A stretch of 59,291 nt of DNA, the filler included. It is 5 parts of 5 records of this genome, joined end to end, with 100 filler letters (N's around TTAATTAATTAA, not from the genome) between each part and the next. Parts side by side here need not be neighbours in the genome. Positions count along the whole stretch, not along the records: positions 1 to 22,705 come from SRR22947725_405; positions 22,806 to 30,301 come from SRR22947725_413; 3 more parts are not named here. The stretch is one strand, 5' to 3'. Positions within the stretch are counted from its first letter, which is position 1. Every line of letters begins with the position of its first letter. The notes beneath the pieces are model-generated. The model searched no databases and was not told the DNA's origin. It saw nothing but the letters and a program-made list of their open reading frames with translations. This document shows positions 18,978-28,220 of the stretch, piece by piece. Made by a program: the position numbers and the translations under genes.

Positions 18978-19667
18978 ATGATAGTTTTAGGTGCAGTTTT
19001 TGCCCGTAAAAATTCTAAAGGTATTAAAAATAAAAATCTTTTACGGTTTAAAAATAAAACTTTAGTAGGACATGCTGTAGATCAAGGTTATAAATCAAAA
19101 TTTATTAAAAAAGTTTACATTTCATCAGATAGTAAAAAAATTATAAAAGAGGCAAAAAAATATAAAGCAATTGCACTATTTAAGAGGCCTAGATCCTTGT
19201 CTATAGATACTACTCCTCACATTGAAGTATGGAGACATTTTGTAAAATATTTAAAAAAAAAAAAAATAGTTACAGATTATATTGTTGATATTCCTGCAAC
19301 TTCACCACTTAGAAATGTAATAGATATTAATAAATGTATAAAATTAGCATTAAAAAAAAAGCTAGATATGGTTTTTACGATTGTTAAATCTAGTAAAAAT
19401 CCTTACTTCAACATGCTGGAAAAAAAAGGAAAAAAATTTAAACTTGTTAAAAATTCAAATAAAAAAATTCGAGGAAGACAAGATGCGCCAAAATGTTATG
19501 ATTTAACTACTGTCTGCTACGTTTTTAAACCAAAATATATAATGAAAACCAGAGATGTTTTGTCAGGAAAAGTAGGTTTTATTGACATACCAAAAGAAAG
19601 AGCTATCGATATAGATGATAAGATTGATTATAAAATAGCATCAATTTTATCTAAAAAAGTTAGATGA
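18978..19667 (+). CDS. neuA: CMP-nonulosonic acid synthetase (NeuA/LegF/PtmB)
   Basis: ARKNSKGIKNKN, TSPLR, RQDAP, IDIDD. Confidence 0.88.
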   Translation: MIVLGAVFARKNSKGIKNKNLLRFKNKTLVGHAVDQGYKSKFIKKVYISSDSKKIIKEAKKYKAIALFKRPRSLSIDTTPHIEVWRHFVKYLKKKKIVTDYIVDIPATSPLRNVIDINKCIKLALKKKLDMVFTIVKSSKNPYFNMLEKKGKKFKLVKNSNKKIRGRQDAPKCYDLTTVCYVFKPKYIMKTRDVLSGKVGFIDIPKERAIDIDDKIDYKIASILSKKVR

Positions 19668-20416
19668 TTAAAAAAACAATTATAGTAACTGGAGGTTTTG
19701 GAACTATTGGGTTTGCTCTAAGCAAAAGTCTTTTAGAGCAAGGCCATAAAGTAATAATAGTTGATAACAAAATAAAAAAGATAAAGAATTTAAAGTTTAA
19801 TAAATTTAATGTTTTTGTATTAAAGACAAACCTAAACAATGAAAATGAAATAAAAAAATTAATATCTTTATGTACAAAAAAATTTAAAAAAGTTGATGCG
19901 CTTGTTCATTGTGCTTATCCGAAAACAAAAGACTGGGGAGTTAAATTAGAAAAACTTAAACAGAAAAGTTTGAATGAAAATTTAATTAATCAATTGGGCT
20001 CCACAATTATTGTCAGTAAAAATATAATTAATCTGTTTTTAAAACAAAATTATGGAAATTTAATATTATTATCCTCTATAATGGGCTTAAATAATCCAAA
20101 ATTCAAAACTTACAAAGGAACCAATATGTCAAGCCCTATTGAATATTCGGCAATAAAGTCTGGAATAATTTCAATAACAAAATATCTAGCAAAATATTAC
20201 TCTAAAAAAAATCTCAAAATTAACTGCTTAAGCCCTGGAGGCATAATAGATAATTCACAAAAAAAAAAATTTATTAGAAATTACAAAAAAGAATGTAATT
20301 CTAAAGGTCTGTTAGACCCAAAAGATGTTGTAAACGCAATCAATTTTTTACTGTCAGAAAAATCAAATTTCATTTCTGGTCAAAATATCGTGGTTGATGA
20401 CGGCTATTCATTATAA
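19664..20416 (+). CDS. Short-chain dehydrogenase, PtmA-like
   Basis: TGGFGTIG, AYP, YSAIKSG, SPGGI, GQNIVVDDG. Confidence 0.85.
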   Translation: MIKKTIIVTGGFGTIGFALSKSLLEQGHKVIIVDNKIKKIKNLKFNKFNVFVLKTNLNNENEIKKLISLCTKKFKKVDALVHCAYPKTKDWGVKLEKLKQKSLNENLINQLGSTIIVSKNIINLFLKQNYGNLILLSSIMGLNNPKFKTYKGTNMSSPIEYSAIKSGIISITKYLAKYYSKKNLKINCLSPGGIIDNSQKKKFIRNYKKECNSKGLLDPKDVVNAINFLLSEKSNFISGQNIVVDDGYSL

Positions 20417-20433
20417 GAAAAATTCTATTAAAT

Positions 20434-21348
20434 ATGAAAGATAATAAAGTCTTAGTTGTCGGTGGCACAGGATTTATTGGCTTTCATTTAATTAAAAAAT
20501 GTCTCAGTCTTAAAATGATCGTAACTAGTATTTCAAGAAGTAAACCTTCTAAATTTCAAAAATTAAAAAAAGTTAAATATAAAATTTGCAATATTGTTAA
20601 TTTTAGAAAATTAAAAAAGCTACTTAAGAACGATTATGATTTTGTTGTGAATTTAGGAGGTAATATAGATCATTATAATAAAAACAAAACTTATAATAAT
20701 CATTATATCGGTGTTAAAAATTTATATAATATTTTTAAAAAAAAAAAGATTAAAAGATTCATTCAAATAGGAAGTTCATCAGAATACGGGAAGATATTTG
20801 GTAAAGTTAGAGAAAATGATATTTGTAAACCAAAAATGATATATGGTAGGTCTAAATTGTTAGCTACAAATTTTTTGTTAAAAAAAAATAAATTAGAGAA
20901 ATTTCCATTAACTATCTTGAGATTCTTTCAGATTTATGGGCCTTATCAAAGCGCAAATAGATTAATTCCATTTGTTATTTCCTCATCTCTTAAAGATAAA
21001 AGTTTTAACTGCTCAGAGGGAAGCCAGCAAAGAGATTTTTTATATATTGATGATGCCATTGATTCAATAATCAAAATTTTTAAAAGACCAGAGTCTCAAG
21101 GTAAAATTATTAATATAGGATATGGTGCACCGATTGAAATTAAAAAGATAATACTTATGATTAATTCTCTGATTAAAAAAGGAAAACCTAAATTTGGAAA
21201 GTTAAATTTACGAATAGATGAAAGCATGAAGATTTATCCTAATTTGTTAGTAGCTAAAAAGATACTAAGATGGAAAAGCAAAACATCAATTAAAAAAGGA
21301 TTGGTAAAAACTATTCAATCTTATAAAAGAAATTCTTTAAAAATATGA
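20434..21348 (+). CDS. NAD-dependent epimerase/dehydratase (resembles CDP-dideoxyhexose reductases)
   Basis: GGTGFIG, GSSSEYG, YGRSK, QRDFLY; directly upstream of rfbF. Confidence 0.75.
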   Translation: MKDNKVLVVGGTGFIGFHLIKKCLSLKMIVTSISRSKPSKFQKLKKVKYKICNIVNFRKLKKLLKNDYDFVVNLGGNIDHYNKNKTYNNHYIGVKNLYNIFKKKKIKRFIQIGSSSEYGKIFGKVRENDICKPKMIYGRSKLLATNFLLKKNKLEKFPLTILRFFQIYGPYQSANRLIPFVISSSLKDKSFNCSEGSQQRDFLYIDDAIDSIIKIFKRPESQGKIINIGYGAPIEIKKIILMINSLIKKGKPKFGKLNLRIDESMKIYPNLLVAKKILRWKSKTSIKKGLVKTIQSYKRNSLKI

Positions 21349-22070
21349 AAGTCATAATTTTAGCAGGTGGACTCGGGACAAGATTATATGAATACACAAA
21401 ACGTATCCCTAAACCTATGGTGAAAATAGCAGGTTATCCAATTATTGTTCATATAATTAAACATTATATGAAGTATGGTTTCAAAGATTTTTATATAGCA
21501 GCCGGTTATAAGAGCAACATTATAAAAAGATATTTTAAAAATTTTAAAAAAAATGCTGTACCCTTTAATCATAAAATTAAAAAAAAAAAATGTTCAATAT
21601 CTATAGTTGATACTGGCCAAAATACTTTAACAGGTGGTCGTTTAAGGCGATTAAAAAAATATCTTAAACCTGAAGAAACATTTATGTTTACTTATGGAGA
21701 TGGGATTTGTGATGTAAATTTGAGAAAACTTTTGAGATTCTATAAAAAAAGTAAAAAAATCATTACTGTAACAGCAGTAAGACCACCTGCTAGATTTGGT
21801 GAAATTCAGTTATCAGGAAATATTGTGAAATCTTTCAAGGAGAAACCTCAAACATCCCAAGGTTGGATAAATGGAGGTTTTTTTGTGACAAATTATAAGT
21901 TTTTTAATTATCTAAAAAACGATGGAACTGTTTTAGAAAAAACTCCCCTAGAACAAGCTTGTAAAAATAAAAATTTATCTGCTTATAAGTTTAAAGGTTT
22001 TTGGAAATGCATGGATACTGTTCGGGATAAACAGGTTTTAGAAAAAATAATGAAAAAAAAAATTAACTAA
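21345..22070 (+). CDS. rfbF: Glucose-1-phosphate cytidylyltransferase
   Basis: ILAGGLGTRL, PKPMV, DTG..TLTGGRL, TYGDG, WINGGFF, GFWKCMDT.RD. Confidence 0.88.
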   Translation: MKVIILAGGLGTRLYEYTKRIPKPMVKIAGYPIIVHIIKHYMKYGFKDFYIAAGYKSNIIKRYFKNFKKNAVPFNHKIKKKKCSISIVDTGQNTLTGGRLRRLKKYLKPEETFMFTYGDGICDVNLRKLLRFYKKSKKIITVTAVRPPARFGEIQLSGNIVKSFKEKPQTSQGWINGGFFVTNYKFFNYLKNDGTVLEKTPLEQACKNKNLSAYKFKGFWKCMDTVRDKQVLEKIMKKKIN

Positions 22071-22077
22071 GCACTTA

Positions 22078-22705
22078 ATGACCAAACACAAACCTTTGGT
22101 GAGCGTAATTATGAATTGCCATAATGGTGAAAAATATCTCAAAGAGAGCATTAAAAGTTTAATGTCTCAAACTTATAAAAATTGGGAATTAATTTTCTGG
22201 GATAATAATTCTTTGGATAATAGTAAAAAAATTCTTAAAGAATTTAAAGATAAAAGAATTAAATATTTCAAATCTCAAAAATTTCAAAATCTTTATCATT
22301 CTAGAAATTTAGCTATAAAAAAAGCAAAAGGGAAATACGTAGGGTTTTTAGATGTAGATGACTTATGGGAAAAAAATAAGTTAAAAAAACAAATCAAATA
22401 TTTTTTAGAGAATCAAAGCTTAAAAGTTATTTATTCAAATTTTTTTCTAATAAATGAAATTAAAAAAAAAAAAAACATTGGATATAAACAATTATTGCCT
22501 TTAGGTTTTATTACTCAAAAAATTTTAAATAATTATTCAGTAGGACTAGTAACAGTAATGTTAGAAAAAAATATTTTTAGGAAATATAGATTTAATAGCA
22601 AATACAATATTATTGGTGATTTTGATTTTTTTATTAAGATTAGTCGAAAATATAAATTTGGTTGTATACAATCTCCTTTAGGATCTTATAGGGTTCATGA
22701 GATCG
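22078..22705 (+). CDS. Glycosyltransferase family 2 (partial; cut by contig end)
   Basis: VSVIMNCHNG, WDNNS.D, FLDVDD, GDFDF. Confidence 0.85.
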
Positions 22706-22805
22706 NNNNNNNNNNNNNNNNNNNNNNNNNNNNNNNNNNNNNNNNNNNNTTAATTAATTAANNNNNNNNNNNNNNNNNNNNNNNNNNNNNNNNNNNNNNN
22801 NNNNN
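22706..22805. other. Artificial contig-joining spacer
   Basis: N44-TTAATTAATTAA-N44; the core gives stop codons in all six frames. Confidence 0.97.
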
Positions 22806-22806
22806 A

Positions 22807-24354
22807 ATTAAAAAATTTCAACCTAAATACAATATTTTACTGCGTGATGATAAAACTTATCCTTGGATTGTAATAAAAAAAGAATCTTTTCCTAGAGTTT
22901 TAACAACTCGAAGGGTTGAAAAAGACGGTTCAGAGTATTTTGGACCGTTCACTAATTACAAAACTGTTAGAACAATTATGGGTATTTTTTCTAATCTTTA
23001 TTCATTAAGAACATGCCATTATGATTTAAACCAGAAAAATATCATAGAACGTAAATACAAGGTTTGTTTAGAATACCATATTGGCAACTGTCTGGGAGGA
23101 TGTGAAGGACATCAAAAGGAGAAGGACTATAATATATACATTTCTAATATCAGAGATTTTTTAAAAGGTAATTTATCTAGTTCAATAAACTATTTCAAAA
23201 ATGAAATGGAAATTGCATCAGATTCGTTGAAATTTGAAAAAGCTCAAAAAGCAAAAGAAAAAATTGAGTTATTAGAAACTTACCAGTCTAAATCAACAGT
23301 AGTTAGTTCTAAATTAAATAATATTGATGTATTCAGTATTATTTCTGACTCTTCTCATGCTTATGTAAATCATTTACAAGTTGCATTTGGCCGAATTGTT
23401 CGTTTTCATAATGTAGAAATCAAAAAAAAGTTAGATGAAACAGACAAAGAACTTTTACTTATGACTCTAGTTAATTTAAGAGACAAGTTTAGTTCAAAAA
23501 ACAATACTGTTATTTCTAATATTGAATTTGATAAAATTTTAAATTTAAAGTTTATATATCCTAAAGCTGGAGATAACAAAAAGCTATTAGACCTTTCTGT
23601 AAGAAATGCAACACAATTTAAAATTGAAAAACTAAAACAGGTTCAAATAGTTGACCCGGAAAGGCACACAAATAGAATTTTAAATCAAATGAAAATAGAT
23701 TTGAGATTAAATGAAATTCCTATACATATTGAATGTTTTGACAACTCAAATATTCAGGGTTCTAACCCAGTAGCGTCGTGTATTGTTTTTAAAAACTCTA
23801 AACCATCAAAGAAAGATTATAGACATTTTAATATTAAAACTGTTGAAGGTCCTGATGATTACGCTTCTATGGAAGAAGTGGTTTACAGGCGATATAAAAG
23901 AATGGTAAATGAAAAATCTGTTTTACCTAGTTTAATTATTATAGATGGAGGGAAAGGTCAGCTAAGTTCTTCAATTAAAGCACTAAAAAAATTAAATTTA
24001 GAAAATACGATAGCCATTTTAGGTATCGCTAAAAGATTGGAAGAAATATTTTATCCTAACGACCCCATACCTTTATATTTAAATAAAAAATCTGAAACTC
24101 TTAAAGTAATTCAACAAATGAGAAATGAAGCTCACCGATTTGCAATTACTTTTCATAGAAATAAAAGAAGTAAACAAGCTCTGACTTCCTCTTTTGACGG
24201 AATACCAGGAATTGGTGAAAAAACAAAAACTACTTTACTAAAAAGATTCAAGTCATTAAAAAAAATAAAAGAAACTTCTTTAGAACTTCTGATTAATGAA
24301 GTAGGTGAAAGCAAAGCAAAAAAAATAAAAGAATTTTTAAATTCTATGAAATAG
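22807..24354 (+). CDS. uvrC: Excinuclease ABC subunit C (5'-partial)
   Basis: Frame is open from the contig edge (IKKFQPKYNILLRDDKTYP); IECFDNSNIQG, IDGGKGQL, RNEAHRFAI, HhH GIPGIG. Confidence 0.95.
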   Translation: MKKFQPKYNILLRDDKTYPWIVIKKESFPRVLTTRRVEKDGSEYFGPFTNYKTVRTIMGIFSNLYSLRTCHYDLNQKNIIERKYKVCLEYHIGNCLGGCEGHQKEKDYNIYISNIRDFLKGNLSSSINYFKNEMEIASDSLKFEKAQKAKEKIELLETYQSKSTVVSSKLNNIDVFSIISDSSHAYVNHLQVAFGRIVRFHNVEIKKKLDETDKELLLMTLVNLRDKFSSKNNTVISNIEFDKILNLKFIYPKAGDNKKLLDLSVRNATQFKIEKLKQVQIVDPERHTNRILNQMKIDLRLNEIPIHIECFDNSNIQGSNPVASCIVFKNSKPSKKDYRHFNIKTVEGPDDYASMEEVVYRRYKRMVNEKSVLPSLIIIDGGKGQLSSSIKALKKLNLENTIAILGIAKRLEEIFYPNDPIPLYLNKKSETLKVIQQMRNEAHRFAITFHRNKRSKQALTSSFDGIPGIGEKTKTTLLKRFKSLKKIKETSLELLINEVGESKAKKIKEFLNSMK

Positions 24355-24361
24355 TATTTAT

Positions 24362-24369
24362 TATTTTTG
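24362..24369 (+). promoter_or_regulatory. Putative Bacteroidota -7 promoter element (TAnnTTTG)
   Basis: TATTTTTG ending 7 nt before the ATG at 24377. Confidence 0.4.
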
Positions 24370-24376
24370 TCAAACT

Positions 24377-25195
24377 ATGCGCTTGAGAATATTTTGGAGT
24401 TTAACTGTTTTTTTTATTTGTTATCAAATTATCGCTCAGAGTTATTCTGGCGTGAAAGCACCCTTTATCAATAAATCTTTTGACGCTTTCAAAACTGGTG
24501 AATCTTTGAAATTTAGAATTCATTATGGTTTTTTTAATGCAAGCTATGCTACTTTAAACCTTGAAGAAGATTTTATTGAAAAAGAGAAAGTTTTTAAAGC
24601 AACTGCTATAGGAAGAACTACGGGTATTGCTAGGTTTTTTTTTAAAGTTGATGATGTTTACGAAACGTTTTTTGATAAAAACTTAGTCCAGCCCATTAAA
24701 TCTACTCGAAATATTTATGAAGGAGGTTATACTAAAAATGTAGAAATAAATTACGATTACTCCAATAACTTAGCTAATGTTAATGACATTAAAAACAATA
24801 GATTAAGTTCTGTAAAAATAAAAAAAAATGTTCAAGACTTAATTTCCACTTTCTATTTTCTTAGAAATCATTTTGATGTTAAAAAACTTAAAAAAAATGA
24901 TTTCATTCGAATAAATATATTTTTTGATGCAGAAAATTATCCTTTTAGAATGAAATTTTTAGGGTATGAAAATTTGAAAACTAAATTTGGAATAATAAAT
25001 TGTTTAAAATTTAGACCTTACATAGAATCTGGCAGAGTTTTTAGAGATAGCGAAAGCTTAACTTTATGGGTAAGTAACGACAAAAACAAGGTTCCTGTCA
25101 AAATCGAGGCTGGGCTTAGAATTGGATCTATTGAAGCTGATTTAGAAGAATTTCGTGGTTTAAAACATCCTTTTAAAATTAAATTAAATGAATAA
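24377..25195 (+). CDS. DUF3108 domain exported protein
   Basis: Signal peptide; GE.LKFRIHYG and LTLWVSND.NKVPV as in Bacteroidota DUF3108 proteins. Confidence 0.75.
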   Translation: MRLRIFWSLTVFFICYQIIAQSYSGVKAPFINKSFDAFKTGESLKFRIHYGFFNASYATLNLEEDFIEKEKVFKATAIGRTTGIARFFFKVDDVYETFFDKNLVQPIKSTRNIYEGGYTKNVEINYDYSNNLANVNDIKNNRLSSVKIKKNVQDLISTFYFLRNHFDVKKLKKNDFIRINIFFDAENYPFRMKFLGYENLKTKFGIINCLKFRPYIESGRVFRDSESLTLWVSNDKNKVPVKIEAGLRIGSIEADLEEFRGLKHPFKIKLNE

Positions 25196-26420
25196 ATTAT
25201 TTATTCCTTTTTTAATATCTGTTCTTTTAATTTCCTGCGGAGAAAAAAAGCCAGAGTCAAAACCTGAAATAGTAAAAGAAAAAATTATAAAACAATTTGG
25301 GTTTACTTTAAATGACTATACCGTTAAAAGAGATACCGTCAAAAGAGGAGATTCATTTGGATCAATTTTGGAAGATAATAATCTTTTTTACCCTCAAATC
25401 TATAATATAGTCCAAAAGGCAAAAAAAGTCTTTGATGTTAGAAGGATTAATATTGGCAAACCTTACTCAATTCTTTTTTCAAAAGACTCGTTAGAAACTC
25501 CTCAAGTTTTTATTTATCAGCCTAATCTTATTGATTATGTTGTTGTTTCTTTAACTGATTCTCTTTGGGCTGAAAAAAAATCTAAAGCTGTAAAGCTAGT
25601 AGAATTTGAGGCTGAAGGAATAATAACGAGCTCTTTATCTGAGACGATGGAAGAAAAGAAACTATCCCCATTATTATCAAATGAACTTTCTGAAATTTAT
25701 GCATGGACAATCGACTTTTTCAGATTAGAAAAAGGAGATAATTTTAAAGTCATTTATTCTTCTAAATTTGTTGACGATTCAATTTCTGTTGGTCTTAACA
25801 GGATTCATTCGGCCTACTTTGAACACAGGGGAAAGCCTTTTTATGCTATTGAATTTGAGACGGATCCTAAAAGAGGACTTGTCGAGTATTTTGATGAAAA
25901 CGGAAAAAATTTAAGAAGAGCTTTTTTAAGAGCGCCTGTACAATTTAGTAGAATTTCTTCAAGGTATAATTTAAAAAGAAAAATTGCTTTCTATGGAAGA
26001 GTTCGTCCACATCGCGGAACTGATTTTGCAGCTCCAAGGGGAACACCTATAAGAGCAACTGCAAGTGGAACAGTGACTAAATCAAGCTACACGCGTTCAA
26101 ATGGGAATTATGTCAAAATTAAACATAACGGGACTTATTCAACTCAATATCTCCATATGGACAAAAGAGGAGTTAAAGTGGGACAGTTTGTAAATCAAGG
26201 AGATTACATTGGAACAGTAGGAATGACAGGAAACACCTCAGGGCCACACGTTTGTTATAGGTTTTGGAAAAACGGTAAACAAGTAGATCCTTTAAGACAA
26301 AAACTACCTGAAGCAAAGCCTATTTCTAAAGAGCTTAAAGAAAAATATCTGGTACACATGGGCCCTGTCAAAAAACAACTTGATGCTATTGAATCAAATG
26401 TTACCTTTGAAACAAATTAA
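25188..26420 (+). CDS. M23 family peptidoglycan DD-metalloendopeptidase (lipoprotein)
   Basis: Lipobox LISC, HRGTDFAA (HxxxD), YLHM, GPHV. Confidence 0.88.
   Translation: MNKLFIPFLISVLLISCGEKKPESKPEIVKEKIIKQFGFTLNDYTVKRDTVKRGDSFGSILEDNNLFYPQIYNIVQKAKKVFDVRRINIGKPYSILFSKDSLETPQVFIYQPNLIDYVVVSLTDSLWAEKKSKAVKLVEFEAEGIITSSLSETMEEKKLSPLLSNELSEIYAWTIDFFRLEKGDNFKVIYSSKFVDDSISVGLNRIHSAYFEHRGKPFYAIEFETDPKRGLVEYFDENGKNLRRAFLRAPVQFSRISSRYNLKRKIAFYGRVRPHRGTDFAAPRGTPIRATASGTVTKSSYTRSNGNYVKIKHNGTYSTQYLHMDKRGVKVGQFVNQGDYIGTVGMTGNTSGPHVCYRFWKNGKQVDPLRQKLPEAKPISKELKEKYLVHMGPVKKQLDAIESNVTFETN
26402..26409 (+). promoter_or_regulatory. Putative Bacteroidota -7 promoter element upstream of pgi
   Basis: TACCTTTG matches TAnnTTTG, 24 nt before the pgi ATG; no Shine-Dalgarno present. 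Confidence 0.45.
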
Positions 26421-26433
26421 AATATTTCATTAA

Positions 26434-28071
26434 ATGAGTTTAAAAAAAATAAACCCGATTAAAACCAAATCTTGGATTAAATTAAAAGCTCATTTTAATG
26501 AAATTGAAAATAAAGAAATTAAAGATTTACTTTCAACTAGATTTAACTCCTCATGTTTTAGCTTAGAATGGAACGATTTTAATATAGATATTTCAAAAAA
26601 CAGAATTGACAACACAACACTAAACTTACTTTTAGATTTAGCAAAAGAATGTGGTTTAGAAGATGCTATTTCTAAACAATTTAAAGGTGACATAATTAAT
26701 GAAACAGAAAAAAGAGCAGTTTTACATACAGCTATTCGAACAGACGGAAATGAAAAAATCAATGTTGATGGCTTAGATGTTGTTCCTTCAATTTTAGAAA
26801 CAAGAAGCAAAATAAAATCTTTTACAAATGATGTCATATCTGGAAACCTAAAAGGTGACACCGGAAAACCTTTTACTGACGTTGTTAATATTGGAATTGG
26901 AGGTTCAGATCTTGGCCCAGTTATGGTTGTTGAAGCTTTAAAGCATTACTCATCGAGATTAAAACCTCATTTTGTTTCTAATGTTGACGGAGATCATGTT
27001 TTAGAAATCATTAAAGATTTAAATCCTGAAACTACTTTATTTATTATTGTTTCTAAAACTTTTACAACTCAAGAAACCATTTCTAATGCTAATACAATTA
27101 GAGATTGGCTTGTTTCTAAATTAAATGTAAGTGCGGTTTCAAAACATTTTGCTGCTGTTTCAACAAATCTAACTGAAATCAAAAAATTTGGGATTAACCA
27201 AAAAATGGTCTTTTCAATGAATGACTGGGTTGGAGGAAGGTTTTCTCTTTGGAGTTCTGTTGGTCTTTCAATTAGTTTGGCTGTTGGGTATGAAAATTTT
27301 AGTAAATTATTATCTGGTGCCAACAAAATGGATAAGCACTTTCAAAACACTGAATTTAAGAACAATATTCCTGTTGTTCTAGCACTTTTAAGTATTTGGT
27401 ATAATAATTTTTTTAAATGTGAAACGGAAGCAGTAATTCCTTATACCCAGTACTTAAGTAGATTGCCTGCTTATCTTCAACAAGCCATTATGGAGAGCAA
27501 CGGGAAAAGTATAGATAGAAATGGAAACCCTGTAGAATACCAAACCGGAAATATAATTTGGGGCGATACTGGAACAAATTCACAGCACGCCTTTTTTCAA
27601 TTAATTCATCAGGGAACAAAGCTAATCCCTTGTGATTTTATTGGTTTTAAAAACCCGCTTTTTAAAGAAAATACTCAACACGATAAATTAATGTCTAATT
27701 TTTTTGCTCAAACTGAAGCCCTAATGATGGGAAAGTCTGAAAAAACTGTTGTTGAAGAGTTAAAAAAAGCAGGATTAAATGCAAACGAAATTAATTCCTT
27801 AAAAGCATTTAAAATATTTAATGGAAATAGACCTACAAATACCCTTCTTATAGACCAGCTCAGTCCCGAAAGTCTTGGTTCTCTAATTGCAATGTATGAG
27901 CATAAAATATTTGTACAAGGTGTTATCTGGAATATTTACAGTTATGATCAATGGGGAGTTGAACTTGGAAAACAACTGGCTTCAAAAGTTTTGAAAGAAA
28001 TAGAAAATAAAAAAATTTCTGACCACGACAGCTCAACTAATTCCTTGTTAAAAAGCTATTTATCAAATTAG
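26434..28071 (+). CDS. pgi: Glucose-6-phosphate isomerase
   Basis: IGIGGSDLGP, SKTFTTQET, VGGRFSLWS, MESNGK, DQWGVELGK. Confidence 0.97.
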   Translation: MSLKKINPIKTKSWIKLKAHFNEIENKEIKDLLSTRFNSSCFSLEWNDFNIDISKNRIDNTTLNLLLDLAKECGLEDAISKQFKGDIINETEKRAVLHTAIRTDGNEKINVDGLDVVPSILETRSKIKSFTNDVISGNLKGDTGKPFTDVVNIGIGGSDLGPVMVVEALKHYSSRLKPHFVSNVDGDHVLEIIKDLNPETTLFIIVSKTFTTQETISNANTIRDWLVSKLNVSAVSKHFAAVSTNLTEIKKFGINQKMVFSMNDWVGGRFSLWSSVGLSISLAVGYENFSKLLSGANKMDKHFQNTEFKNNIPVVLALLSIWYNNFFKCETEAVIPYTQYLSRLPAYLQQAIMESNGKSIDRNGNPVEYQTGNIIWGDTGTNSQHAFFQLIHQGTKLIPCDFIGFKNPLFKENTQHDKLMSNFFAQTEALMMGKSEKTVVEELKKAGLNANEINSLKAFKIFNGNRPTNTLLIDQLSPESLGSLIAMYEHKIFVQGVIWNIYSYDQWGVELGKQLASKVLKEIENKKISDHDSSTNSLLKSYLSN

Positions 28072-28220
28072 CAATTATTTCCAGTTTAATTATGGATTAT
28101 TTAAAAAATCTTGAAAAAGCTGAGTTATACACAAAATTTGTTAAAAAAAAGTAACCTTGATTTAACACTTATTTAACAAAATTTAAGCACATTTGCAGAA
28201 TATTAACTACAATAAAATTT

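Noticed and set aside
22700-22705. AGATCG at the contig end as an Illumina adapter remnant
   Set aside because: Only 6 nt of match; not distinguishable from chance.
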